DNA from: Octopus sinensis
Taxonomy: Eukaryota
Length of the DNA stretch: 64,000 nt
Direction of reading: 5' to 3'
Assembly (NCBI RefSeq): GCF_006345805.1
Contig: NC_043002.1
Coordinates: 25,420,001 to 25,484,000 of the forward strand
In this document: one piece after another, positions 27,340-39,148 of the stretch
Numbering within the stretch: position 1 is the stretch's first letter
Layout: the number at the start of each line of letters is the position of its first letter
Made by a program: the position numbers and the translations under genes
The notes under the pieces: model-generated
What the model saw: the letters and a program-made list of their open reading frames with translations, nothing else
What the model was told of the DNA's origin: nothing
Database searches by the model: none

Positions 27340-27734
27340 CTCTCTTTTACTTGTTTCAGTCATTTGACTGCGGCCATGCTGGAGCACCGCCTTTAGTCGA
27401 GCAAGTCGACCCCGGGACTTATTCTTTGTAAGCCCAGTACTTATTCTATTGGTCTCTTTTTGCCAAACTGCTAAGTGACGGGGACGTAAATACACCAGCA
27501 TTGGTTGTCAAGCAATGCTAGGGGGACAAACACAGACACACAAACACATACACATACATATATATATATATATATACGACAGGCTTCTTTCAGTTTCCGT
27601 CTACCAAGTCCACTCACAAGGCATTGGTCGGCCTGAGGCTATAGCAGAAGACACTTGCCCAAGATGCCACGCAGTGGGACTGAACACGGAAACATGTGGT
27701 TGGTTAGCAAGCTACTTACCACACAGCCACTCCT
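27340..27734 (-). mobile_element. tRNA-derived CORE-type SINE (family 1), young full-length copy
   Basis: On the - strand: head aggagtggctgtgtggtaagtagc, B-box-like gttcagtccc, CORE-like ggcatcttgggcaagtgtcttc, a central (TA/TG)n tract and a tail ending gactgaaacaagtaaaaga. Confidence 0.85.
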
Positions 27735-28539
27735 AAGAAAAAATATATATACTCATGTTTTAAGTTGTATTTTCTTGTTTGTATCACCAAACAAACCTAT
27801 ACACATATGCATGTATATGTTTTTTCATCATCATTATTATCATGTTTTCCATGCTGGCATTCATAAGCACATTTAAAAATGTAAGAGAACTGAAATTTAA
27901 TGCGTAGTAACTCAACATCTCTGAGTGAAAATATTGGTTTATTTAGAAATTAAGTGAGCATGCTCCACTGGATGCATAATGTTTATATGTGTGAACAACA
28001 AAGCTGAGAAAAAAAATAACTCTCTCCCATCTTCCTCTCCTTTGTTTTATAGAGGTAGCCAAATATCTCCTTGATCCTCTATCATAATCTATTGGTTCCA
28101 CTCCCTCTCTCAGCTGAGAGGTCTTTGTCTAGTGAGCTCATGGGTACTGGCACCATGTAAAGAGCACCTGTGCTGGCACCATGCAAAAAGCACCTCTACT
28201 GGCATCACATGAAAAGCATCCATGCTGGTGGCACCATGTAAAAGACATCTGTGCTGGTGCCACATAGAAAGTAGCCTGTACACTCAGTAAAGTCGATGTT
28301 AGGAATGGCACCCAGCTGTAGAAACTATGCCAAAACTGATAATTTTAGCTTTATGCAGCTCTCTGGCTTGTCAGCTCTTGTCAAACCATCCAACCCATGC
28401 TAGCTTGGAAAATGGACATTAATGATAATGAAGATGATGATAATTTGATGTCCATCTTCCATGCTGGCATGGGCTGGACAGTTTGACAGGAGCTGGCCTG
28501 GTAGAAGACTACACCAGACTTCTGTGTCTATGTTTTTTC

Positions 28540-28980
28540 TTTTATTTGTTTCAGTCATTTTGACTGGCCATGCTGGGGCACTGCCTTCAGTCAAGCAAAT
28601 CGACCCCGGACTTATTCTTTGTAAGCCTAGTACTTATTCTATCGCTCTCTTTTGCCGAACCACTAAGTTACAGGGATGTAAACACACCAGCATCAGTTGT
28701 CAAGCGATGTTGGGGGGATAAAAACACACACACACACACATATATACGATGAGTTTCTTTCAGTTTCTATCTGTCTGTATGTATTGTGTTGTGAGTGTTT
28801 GCTATATACTAACTGCTTGTATCAGTGGCATCTTTTATGATGGGTTGTTGCATCACAAGGCTTCGTTGGCCCAAGGCTATAATAGAAAACACTTGCCTCA
28901 GGTACCATGCAGTGGGACTGAATCCGGAACTATGTGGTTGGTAAGCAAGCTACTTGCCACACAGCCATTCTTGTGCCTAT
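28540..28980 (-). mobile_element. CORE-type SINE (family 1)
   Basis: Colinear with the 27340-27734 copy. Confidence 0.8.
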
Positions 28981-28994
28981 GTATATGTGTATGT

Positions 28995-29500
28995 GTTATC
29001 ATCATCATCATTGTTTAACGTCCATTCTCCATGCTAGCATGGGTTGGACGGTTCGGCCGGGGATCTGGGAAGCCAGAAGGCTGCACCAGGCTCCAGTCTT
29101 ATCTGGCAATGTTTCTACAGCTGGATGCCCTTCCTAACGCCAACCACTCCGTGAGTGTAGTGGGTGCTTTTTACGTGCCACCCGCACAGGTGCCAGGCGA
29201 GGTTGGCAACGGCCACGGTCGGATTGGTGCATTTTACGTGCCACCAGCACGGAAGCCAGTTGAGGTGGCGCTGGCATCGGCCTCGATTCGAATAGTGCTT
29301 TTTACGTACCACCAGTCCAGGGGTCCTGGCATCTGCCGGGTGCCAGTCATAGGATTGGTTCAATTTCGATTTCGATTTCACTTGCCCCAACATGTCTTCG
29401 CAAGCAAAGGGGGTTGGCATGGGTGCCTGTCGTCGGATGAGGTTCGATATCGACTTCGCTTGCCTCAACAGGTCTTTGTGTCCAAGGGGGGAAAGGCATG
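28995..29500 (-). mobile_element. RTE-tail repeat (truncated LINE 3' UTR or RTE-dependent SINE) with internal tandem modules
   Basis: (CAT)n tail and four ggtgcttttacgtgccacc-type modules at about 29160-29310. Shares its 3' end with 4527-5136. Confidence 0.75.
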
Positions 29501-29603
29501 CATATATATATGTTATGTATATATGTATGTGCTACTGTCTCCTTGCCTTGACTTCACATGATTGTTGGAAATGATTCACACTGTCATCCAAGTGATATCC
29601 TTT

Positions 29604-29885
29604 TGCCGAACCGCTAAGTGACCGGGACGTAAACACACCAGCATCGGTTGTCAAGCAATGCTAGGGGGACAAACACAGACGCACAAACACATACACACAT
29701 ATATATATATATACATATATATGACAGACTTCTTTCAGTTTCCGTCTACCAAATCCACTCACAAGGCATTGGTTGGCCCAGGGCTATAGCAGAAGACACT
29801 TGCCCAAGATGCCATGCAGTGGGACTGAACCCGGAACCATGTGGCTGGTTAGCAAGCTACTTACCATACAGCCACTCCTGTGCCT
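29604..29885 (-). mobile_element. CORE-type SINE (family 1), tail truncated
   Basis: Colinear with the 27340-27734 copy. Confidence 0.8.
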
Positions 29886-31768
29886 ATGATGATAATGATG
29901 ATGAATTTTAAAATTTGTCTTCAAAATAAATTTCTATATGATTTTATAAAAAGATATCTTATCTTGTAGTATCCCAGAACTTTGTTCACAGACCCCAGGG
30001 GATTCCTTTGAACCCAACATAAAAACTCTGATTTAGTCTGTGAGCCCCAACATCCTGAAATTCTACTTCACATCCTCTTTCTATGTTTTTCTAACACTTC
30101 TCTCTGCTATAGATATCTTCTACTTTTTTTCTAACACTTCTCACTGCTATAGATATCTTCTACTTCAGCATGTGGTGTTTTCACTCAGCTGATGTCATCC
30201 TTTTACATTCATGTGTGGTCGTCAGTGCTATCTGTACACATTGACTGATAATTTTAATTAAGTTGCTCTTTCAGCTTGGTTTACCATTTCATTCAAGATG
30301 GTAGCACTGAATATCTGATAGATATACATAAAAGAAACATTTCAGAAAATGTTCCTTTTCTTGTTAAATAAATATTGTTAGAAATCTTTTCTCAATTTCC
30401 AGAATTCTTTTATTTTTGACCTTAGCTTTAAAAGATTAATTAAAATACATAGGTACAGGTATAGCTGTGTAGGTAAGAAGTTTGCTTACCAACCGCATGG
30501 CTTTGGGTTCAGTCCCACTGTGTGGCACCTTAGGTAATTGTCTTTTACTATAGACTTAGGCTGACCAAAGTCTGGTGAGTGGATTTAGTAGATGAAGCTA
30601 AAAGTAGCCTGTTGTGCGTGTATGCATTGGGCTGCCCAGAGCCTTGTGAGTGGAGTTGGTAGAGAGTAACTGAAACAAGTCCCTCTTATTTGTGTGTAAT
30701 TGTCTCTTTGTAAACAAATTTATTGTCATACAAGCTGTGTTCTTTGTTTCTAATCTGTGAAATCATGTCGAGTGATGGGGAAATATTACCTTATTTGGAA
30801 ACAGGAATGGCATCCGGCTGAAGAAAACCTCTCTCAACAAATTCCTTCTAACCCACGCAACATTAAAATAATGGTGATAATGATTTTATGTGTGTGTGTA
30901 TGTGTACATGTGTATTCAGTATTGTGCATTGAAAGCTTCTTTACTATTATACATGTCATCTCACAGCAAGATTATTTTCAAGATTAGATCAGCATGTGGA
31001 ACTCCACTATTGTATAGGATTAATGTAAGAATTACTATAATACAAAGATGGGGAAAACAAAACAAAAATTAAAAAAAAAACAGGCATTTAGAAGAAAGAC
31101 TCAGCAACTTATAGCTAGCATCAAGTGCAGAAACAAATGTTGTAATTTGCAATTAAAACTTTTTTTTCCCATCTTCGTGTTATATGAATTAACATATATG
31201 TGTGTGTGTGCTTGTGCTTCCTGATTTTGGTATCCTGTGATAATTGGTAAACGTGTTATCATCATAATACCAGTAGGCTCATACATTTCCAATCTTCCAT
31301 GTAAACTTGTCCAGTTATAGGGAAATATTACCTTGTTTGGAAACCAGTGAGGGTTTGGTGACAGGAAGGGCTTCACACCCATGGGAAAAAAGATCTGCCT
31401 CAACAAATTCCACCAGACCCATGCAGATATGGAAAAGTGAATATTAAAGCAACCATAACAATGAAACGCACAATTGAAAGAAATATTGACTTATTTGCAA
31501 AACTATACCAACATTTGAAGACTAACAATACATCATAAAATGTGTGTCTCTTGATATGAACCATGTGTTTCAATGTAATTTTGTAGGTATTTGGTAAGCC
31601 CTATTTTTCCCCCCTTCCACTTGGTAGTAACCTTCTCTTTTTTTTTTTTTTGTGTTACCCATATTTTACAAAATAGTTTCTCTCCTTCCCCGCCATAATC
31701 TTTTCATAGAATTATAACTATTTTCTTTTTCCAAACTGAGTGTTAAGTCTCCCCAACCACAAAGCTCC

Positions 31769-31778
<10 letters not shown>

Positions 31779-31827
<49 letters not shown>

Positions 31828-32008
31828 GGTTGCTGCCACCATCACTTCTACTATAACCACTATCATCTTTAACTTCTACTGCTGTCATCACTACTACCAC
31901 CCAATTGTCATTACAATTATCATTACCCTCATAAATATCCACCATGACCACTACCATTACAATCACCACTACTAATATACCATCATTATCAACTACTACC
32001 ATTGCAAT

Positions 32009-32044
<36 letters not shown>

Positions 32045-32175
32045 CTCCACCATCAACACCACCACTTCTACCACCTCACTACTATCATCACCACTACTAC
32101 TATTACTACTGTCACCACCACTACCATCACTACCACAACTATCACCACAGGCAGCTATCATCACTACCATTACCA
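31779..32175. repeat. (CTA)n microsatellite followed by a degenerate ACC/ACT/ATC trinucleotide mosaic; similar tracts at about 6380-6590, 19440-19570, 20320-20400, 48640-48730
   Basis: Seen directly in the sequence. It accounts for the low-complexity poly-T/V/S/L ORFs. Confidence 0.95.
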
Positions 32176-33118
32176 TCTTTTCTCTGTGTGATAATAACCT
32201 TTATTTTTCCCAGCAGTTTCAAATATACTGGTGTGTTGTATATGATTACTTACTTTCATAGTATTTAATTTCAACAAAGCTGATCTTATCAACCCATTTA
32301 TTATAGTTTTCAGTGATACACATTTTCCAATGATAACATTCTTCACTCATGATTTTTGATATTTCTAATGTGGCAAAAAATTTACAAGAGCATCTCAAGG
32401 GCTGAAAGTTTCAAGTTTCCTACGTGGCACTTAATGAAACTGTCAGTTTGATAAGTTTCCTGCGTGAAGATCTCCTGAGACATTGAGCCACTTTTATCAC
32501 TTTCTGTTGAATAGAAATGATAAAGAATAATATTCACACAGTGTGATACGTTGCACAAATGTCTTATCAATAGCCTTGGGCCAACAGATGTCTTGTGAGT
32601 GGATTTGGTACATGGAAAATTGAAAGAAGCCTGTTGTATACAAGTGTATATATATATGTCTGTGTGTTTGCTTGTGTTTGTTCTCTACCTCTGCTTGACA
32701 GTGTTGGTTTGTTTATTTCCCTGTAATTTAGGGTTCAACAAAAATAGACTGAAAAAATAATTACTTGACTTAAAAATAAGTACTAGGGTTGACTTGTTTG
32801 ATTAACCCTCTTCAGGGTAGCGCCCCCACCAATGATTGCTGTCTAATGACTGAAACAAATGAAAGATAAAGATAAAAGAAGGTCCTCACATACTGAGATC
32901 TATTTACCTCTTTTCAGTAAAATTCACCATATCCACTTACAAAGCTGACCAAAGCCTAGTAAGTGGACTTATTTTACCGAAACAAAGAAGCTCATAGTGT
33001 GTGTACATATACGTGTATATATACTAGCAATGCATATATATATTTTTTTTCAATCTGACTGCGTGTGTATCGTTGATGATTTTCTTTCTCTGTCTTCCCT
33101 TCTTTGGACTTTTTCTAT

Positions 33119-33153
33119 ATTTCTGATGAAGAGCTCCGCTTGAAATGTGAAAT
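33119..33153 (+). ncRNA. Degenerate minimal type I hammerhead motif in a Penelope-like remnant (about 33070-33258)
   Basis: AUUU-CUGAUGA-A-GAGC-ucc-GCUU-GAAAU-GUG-AAAU. Stem I AUUU/AAAU. The cleavage triplet is GUG, which breaks the NUH rule. Confidence 0.5.
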
Positions 33154-33617
33154 CCTCTTTCTTTTCTTTCCTTTCCTGAGCGTCCAATAATACAGTACTT
33201 GTAGCATGTCCTTACATTGTTGTTTTTCTTGCTGGTTCTTGTTTGGATTGACTATACAAACACACACACACACACTAGCAGTGCACCCTAGCATTGCCCG
33301 GGTGTTATGACCTACAACCATATTGTATTATCTGTTCTTTTCTTATGGCAGAATTGGCGCACAAGTATGAAGTAAAGAACTCTTCTTTGTAAACATGTTT
33401 TTCAGTCATTTTCTGATGAACAATACTGCAGTTTCTGTCTACCAAATTCAGTCATAAGTCTGTGGTTGGCCTAGGGCTATAGTAGAAAACACTTGCTTAA
33501 GGCATATTGCAGAGGGACTGAACATGGATATAGGGCAAAGAATTATATATATATATATCACGTGATCACGTGACCGACCAGTCCATCAGATGTAGTTACA
33601 CATCGCTGGTCACAATG

Positions 33618-33854
33618 CCCGGAATGGCGCATGTCTGTGCCTTCACTACAAGCTTCTCCACAACACATTCTCACCTTTTCTAAATAGCTATGAGAAATTT
33701 ATTTCTCCTAGTCAATGGGGAGGCAGGGGAGTGGTGGTCTTGTTCAGAAAAAACTTGGACGTACAGATAAGTACAGTCTTTCCGGACCCAGAAGGTAGGC
33801 TGGTTGTCCTAGGTGTGATACACGCAAGTAAGCAGTTCCTCAGGTTGGTAGCTG

Positions 33855-33859
<5 letters not shown>
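33618..33859 (+). mobile_element. Tx1/L1-type apurinic-endonuclease fragment
   Basis: Translates as GGRGVVVLFRKNLDVQISTVFPDPEGRLVVLGV..FLRLVAV, typical of a Tx1/L1 ORF2 endonuclease domain. Confidence 0.7.
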
Positions 33860-33907
<48 letters not shown>

Positions 33908-33934
33908 ATATATATATATATATATATGTATATA

Positions 33935-34178
33935 GTTCTGTATTTAAGAGATGAGGAATAATTTACATTAGACAGATATTTGTCCTCGTCTTGTTTGTTG
34001 TAAACACAATGTTTTGGCTGATATACCATACCCTCCAGCCTTCATCAGGTGTCTGATGATGATGATGATGATGATGATGACAACGACGACGACGTCGTCC
34101 TCCTTCTTCACCTTCTTCTTCTTCTTCTTCTTCTTCAGGTCACTGCTTGGAATCGAACTCAGAACGTTGGGGGTTAGT
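33935..34178 (-). mobile_element. Composite: tRNA-type Pol III head, trinucleotide tract and Penelope-like tail with a hammerhead motif
   Basis: B box gagttcgattcc (34149-34160, - strand), then a (GAA)/(GAC)/(CAT) tract, then gacac-ctgatga-a-ggctg..cagcc-aaaac-att-gtgtt. Confidence 0.55.
34003..34053 (-). ncRNA. Degenerate minimal type I hammerhead ribozyme motif
   Basis: Stem I GACAC/GUGUU, intact CUGAUGA and stem II GGCUG/CAGCC. The GAAAC-GUU core reads AAAAC-AUU, consistent with two CpG>CpA changes. Confidence 0.55.
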
Positions 34179-36956
34179 GGTTAAGACCATAAAGGGTTAA
34201 CTGACAGCAAATCATTTCAGTTTTCTCTCTCAGTTTAACCCTTTGTCAATTGTATTGCATATTTATTCTCATTGTTTTGAATTAATCATGCATTATCTGG
34301 TAGCTTCAAGAATTTGATGATGTGATTGTATATTTTTAGAATGACATTGTATGGTAGGCATGAGGTGTTGATCTGGTCAGTTTTAGCATAAGACACATGC
34401 ATAGAATATTTGGGCCAATTATGGTCAATTTAAATGCTAAAGGTTTCAAGATATATGTAACTAAATAATGAGCAATAACTGATTATTTATACTTCTCACT
34501 GCAGTCTTTTAAAAATTTGAATATAATGCATGGATCAACACTAACTTTGTAGACACCCTGGAGTCCTTGGTTTCCAGGTTGGGAACTGCTGACATAAAGA
34601 GTCTTCTACATGTTATGTAATTATAATTATCTTGTGATGCTCAGGAAACCATAGTACTTCATTTGAAAAATACTGTGTTAGCATTTGGTTGAGTGATGGA
34701 GGGAAACAAATCTTGACTGGAAGTGAATTCCGGAAGGATAAAATTCTGGTGAAAAATGTGTACTGAAAGTAATTAGTGCATTTGTATGAAATGGAATTTA
34801 ATTGCATATATTTGAGAGTTGGCATTTTCGGAGTAAAAATGTTGGTAAAAAACTCAGCTTGGTATTGATGTGATTGTTGTCTTGGTAGAGAGTGTTAATG
34901 GCTTGAGCATTTTTCTAGTGCTGGCTTTAATGACATTGGGGTTTCAATTTTCATCAGTTCTCTCTCTCTCTCTCTCTCTTACTCACTCACACTTTCTGCT
35001 TTCTCTTTCTTTTTTTTTTCTCTCTCTTCCCTCACACACACTTCTTTGTGATTTTCATGTTATTTCAAGACGATACCTACCATGGTTTTTTTGTATTTCT
35101 TTTTCATCTCATTAATGTAATTAATTAATTTGATGTAGAAGAAGGAAAGGAAATGTAATATCAACCTCAATACTCCACCACCTCAAAAAAAAAAAAAAAA
35201 AGATAAAAAGGTTTGAAATAGAGGCGAGAAACGAAACTAATTAAGATCAAGCCAGATTAATGTTATCTTTGCATGCACACACACACACACACACTGACAC
35301 ACAGCTTTGACTGGTGATAAACAGTGTACAAAAAATTAATGACTGAAAAACATTGAAGCCAATTATCTTTGATGTTTAATAGTTCTAATATTGGTTAATA
35401 TAAGTACACTCACTCCAGGTCAATTCTAGTCTCTCGTTGAGATCAGACATCATATCAGAAGTTTGTGTGTTCTTTAATCCTCTCTCAAGTCCTTCTTCTC
35501 CAGATTCTGTAACTCAGGAGATGTGAAATTATTGACTGCTTTCGTAGCTCTAAGACACAACTTCTGTAGTGAGGAGTAAGTACATACATACATATATACA
35601 TATAGTTTTGATTTTATTTTATCATATTTTCTTGCTACCAGTGTCTTTCTGCAAGAAATCCATGCTACCATTTTATTTATTTGATGCTGTTGCTTGTAAT
35701 TGTCTCCAGTAAACCTGGAGTAGACAACCAACAATCGTGTCAGACACATGGTGCCTAACTGACAGAAAGGCTAATTCTATTTTTATTTCCACTTCTGACT
35801 AAAAGCGAAACAGACATAATACAAAGACCTCAAACTGGCCTAATTGCTAAAACTGTTTGAGATATTTTGTTTCTATGTCTGGATGGTGACGATGATGACA
35901 TAGGAATGATTAAGTAGTTTTGCTTTTTCATTTATTTTTCACCCCAAAATATTTTAAATAAACCAAGAATATACCATGAGTCATCTATTTTTTAAAATAA
36001 ATGTCTCTGTCAATTCTTTAGTCTTGTTTTCTTAATTTGTATTGTCTTGCTGCATATTCCATGTTAATAAAATGTAGTTTAAAGGCAAACAAACAAATAA
36101 CAAAAAAAAAAGAAAAAAAAAGAGAAGAAACTAAAAAATGGTCATAAATAATCTTTTCTGTTTTTAGATTTCAATTTAAATTGCTCATTGTGCGCTTGCT
36201 TGCTAAAGATAGCCAATGATCCATTCTTAAGAATATATTCTTTTGTGTCAGTATTTTTTATTTGTTCTTGACAACATGGGATTCATTATGCTATTCCACA
36301 AAAGTGACAACAAAACTCTACAGATCTTCTATTTCAGAACATCCAGTGGCCATGTCCATGGATAAATTATTGCTTTCTAATAAATATATCTTTGAATGAT
36401 ATTACCAATCTTCCTATTTCTCTATCTAACTATCTATTTCTCTACTTTTCTCTCCACACACACATGCACACACAAGGAGACAGAGGTGCATACATATACA
36501 ACACGCGCTCATATACACATACATAAAAAAACACAAACATGCAGAATACATACATACAGATGCACACACATACATATATACATATGCATACACACACATA
36601 TATATACAAGCATACATACATGCACACATATATGCATAGACACATACACAAACACTGACCCACACACATGTGCACAAACAAAATAATGGACAGAGTCAAG
36701 ACTATTGAAAAGGTTGTAAGACATAACGAAAATTTTAGGAAAATAAAAAAAGGAAATAAGTGGAAACTTTACCAGTGAGTGTGTTGGTGTTAGGAAGGGC
36801 ATCCAGCCATAGAAACACTGCCAGATCTGACTGGGCCTGACGAAGCCTTCCAGCTTCACAGACCCCAGTTGACCCGTCCAACCCATGCTAGCATGGAAAG
36901 CGGACGCTAAACGATGATGATGATGATGATGATGATGATATGTATGTATATAAATG

Positions 36957-36989
<33 letters not shown>

Positions 36990-37016
36990 CTTGTGTGTGT
37001 GTGTATTTATATTATA

Positions 37017-37173
37017 TAGGAGTGTCGGTGTGGTAGTAGCTTGTTTACGAACCACATGGTTCCGGGTTCAGTGCCACTGTGTGGCACATTGAGCAAGTGT
37101 CTTCTGCTATAGCCTCGGGCCGGCCAAAGCCTTGTGTGTGGATTTGGTAGACGGAGACTGAAAGAAACTTGTC

Positions 37174-37180
<7 letters not shown>
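37017..37180 (+). mobile_element. CORE-type SINE (family 1) head; other partial copies near 1645, 2305, 9060, 13385-14005, 14875, 18600, 22495, 26465, 30460, 32570, 38105-38560, 45480, 51100, 51710, 60590, 62935
   Basis: Shared core gtcttctrctatagcc..caaagccttgtgagtggatttggtagacggaaactgaaagaagc. Confidence 0.8.
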
Positions 37181-37209
<29 letters not shown>

Positions 37210-39148
37210 GGCCATGCTGGAGCACCACCTTTATTCTTTGTATGTCTAGTGCATATTCTATCGGTCTCTTTTGCCAAACCGCTTAGTTATAGGGATGTAA
37301 ACACATCAGCATCGGTTGTCAAGTGATGTTGTGGGGTCAAACACAGACACACAAACATATACACACATACATATATATATGTGTATATATCATGATGATG
37401 ATTATGATATATACTCATATATATATATGTATGTTTGTCTGTGTTTGTCCCCCTATATATATGTATATATATATCTATATGTGTGTGTGTGTGTGAGGGT
37501 TAGTTTATAGCTAACTGTTACTCTTTTATGCTTCTATTTTTTCATTACAATCCTTAACTTGGATTATTGGATTAGCATGTTGTTGGGAACACATTCCTGA
37601 GAATTTCTGCGAAATCTTGAGAAATTCTAGTCCATGTTTGTATTGAAATGTTACACAGCAACTTTGTTATTCTCCTTCCCCTCACTCTCTCTCTCTCTCT
37701 CTCTCTCTGTCCCCTCACTCCCCCCTCCCTTCAATTCTCTTCCTATACAACTGTGGATAAGCTGTTAAGTTATATCATTTTCATAGTCGTTTCTGTTGTT
37801 TGCTGTTCTTCATTCATCTTCTCTTCTAGAACCATAGTGCTAAACAATTGTAATTAAGTCCACATGGTTGGTGCTTCTCTTATTGGTCCAAGGACACAGA
37901 AAGAATTCGGCTAAACACTCTGCTAAAAGAACAACCTGCTCTACTTTAGAACAAGCTCCTGCTTCCAGCTCTGTGGACCGTTTCAAGTGACAGCTGACTC
38001 TCTTGAACTATGGACACCCCACCTCCTGTGCCATATCAAGCTTCTGTTAATGATGTTATTCTTGAAAAGTTTCATAAAATTATCCTTTATTGTTTTACTT
38101 TTTGCAGTCATTGGACTGTGGCCATGCTGGGGCACCATTTCGAAGAATTTAGTCAAACAAAATCTACCCCAGCACTTATTTTTAATCTGGCACTTTATTC
38201 TAATGGTCTCTTTTACTGAGCCACTAAGTTATAGTAATGTAAACTAACCAACACTAATTGTCACTCGGTGGTGGTGGTGGTGGTGGTGGTGGTGGGGACA
38301 AACACATACACAAAGATGCACATATACATATATAATTTCTTACTTCTACTTGTTTCAGTCATTTGACTGTGGCCATGCTAGAGCACTGTCTTGTAGGGTT
38401 TTAGTTGAAAAAATCTACACCAGGACTTATTTTATTAAAAGCCTAGTACTTATTTTATTGGTTCTTTTGCTGAACCACAAAGTTATATGGACATAAACAC
38501 ACCAACACCAGTTTTCAAGTGGTGATGGGGCAACAAACACAGACAGAAAGATACACACACATTTTTAAAATTCATTTATGGCAACGTTAAGAGTATGCAA
38601 ATTTCATTATGCCTGCTACCATCTAATGATACTGACCAGTGAGTCAGTTTTTCAAGGTTGCATCATGGTTATAGCAATATAATGTAGGATATATATATAT
38701 AATAAATTCCAGAATTTTAGGATAGAATTTATAAATATTTAATGCATCACTATTCATGTTTCCACAAATCACAAGACTTTAACATCGGAATCTGTATCCT
38801 TGGAATAATTAGAGTATAGTTCATATTATCCATGGGCATCTGGTTGATCATCAACATTGATTCATTTCATCAGTCATTAGACACTGCATTAATAGATGAA
38901 TCACAGAGGGGTGTTTATCCCCTCTTGCCAGTATGAAGGCCAATCTAGCTATGTGAGTATTTCTGTGTGTACTTGGTAGGGGGAGGTAGGTGATGGTATT
39001 AGAGGAAGGAATGGTAGTGATATGGGGATGGAGGTGTGCGTGTGTGGTGGTGTTGGATTTATTTGCTATTCATTCTGCAGATTTTAAGGATGATCATTCA
39101 TTCAGCAGATTTAAGAATGGTACTACATTTCTTTGTTCTATTTCATTC

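Noticed and set aside
29031-29561. 176-aa ORF and similar ORFs (43536-43982, 29115-29468, 4710-4946)
   Set aside because: They lie entirely in the non-coding RTE-tail repeat, and the same pseudo-peptides recur wherever the repeat occurs.
31718-32268. Poly-V/T/S/L ORFs that resemble mucin or membrane proteins
   Set aside because: They are translations of (CTA)n/(ACC)n microsatellite mosaics with no splice or homology support.
36168-36230. Strong + strand acceptor (tttctgtttttag|)
   Set aside because: The host frame reaches a stop after 16 codons and there is no convincing donor nearby.
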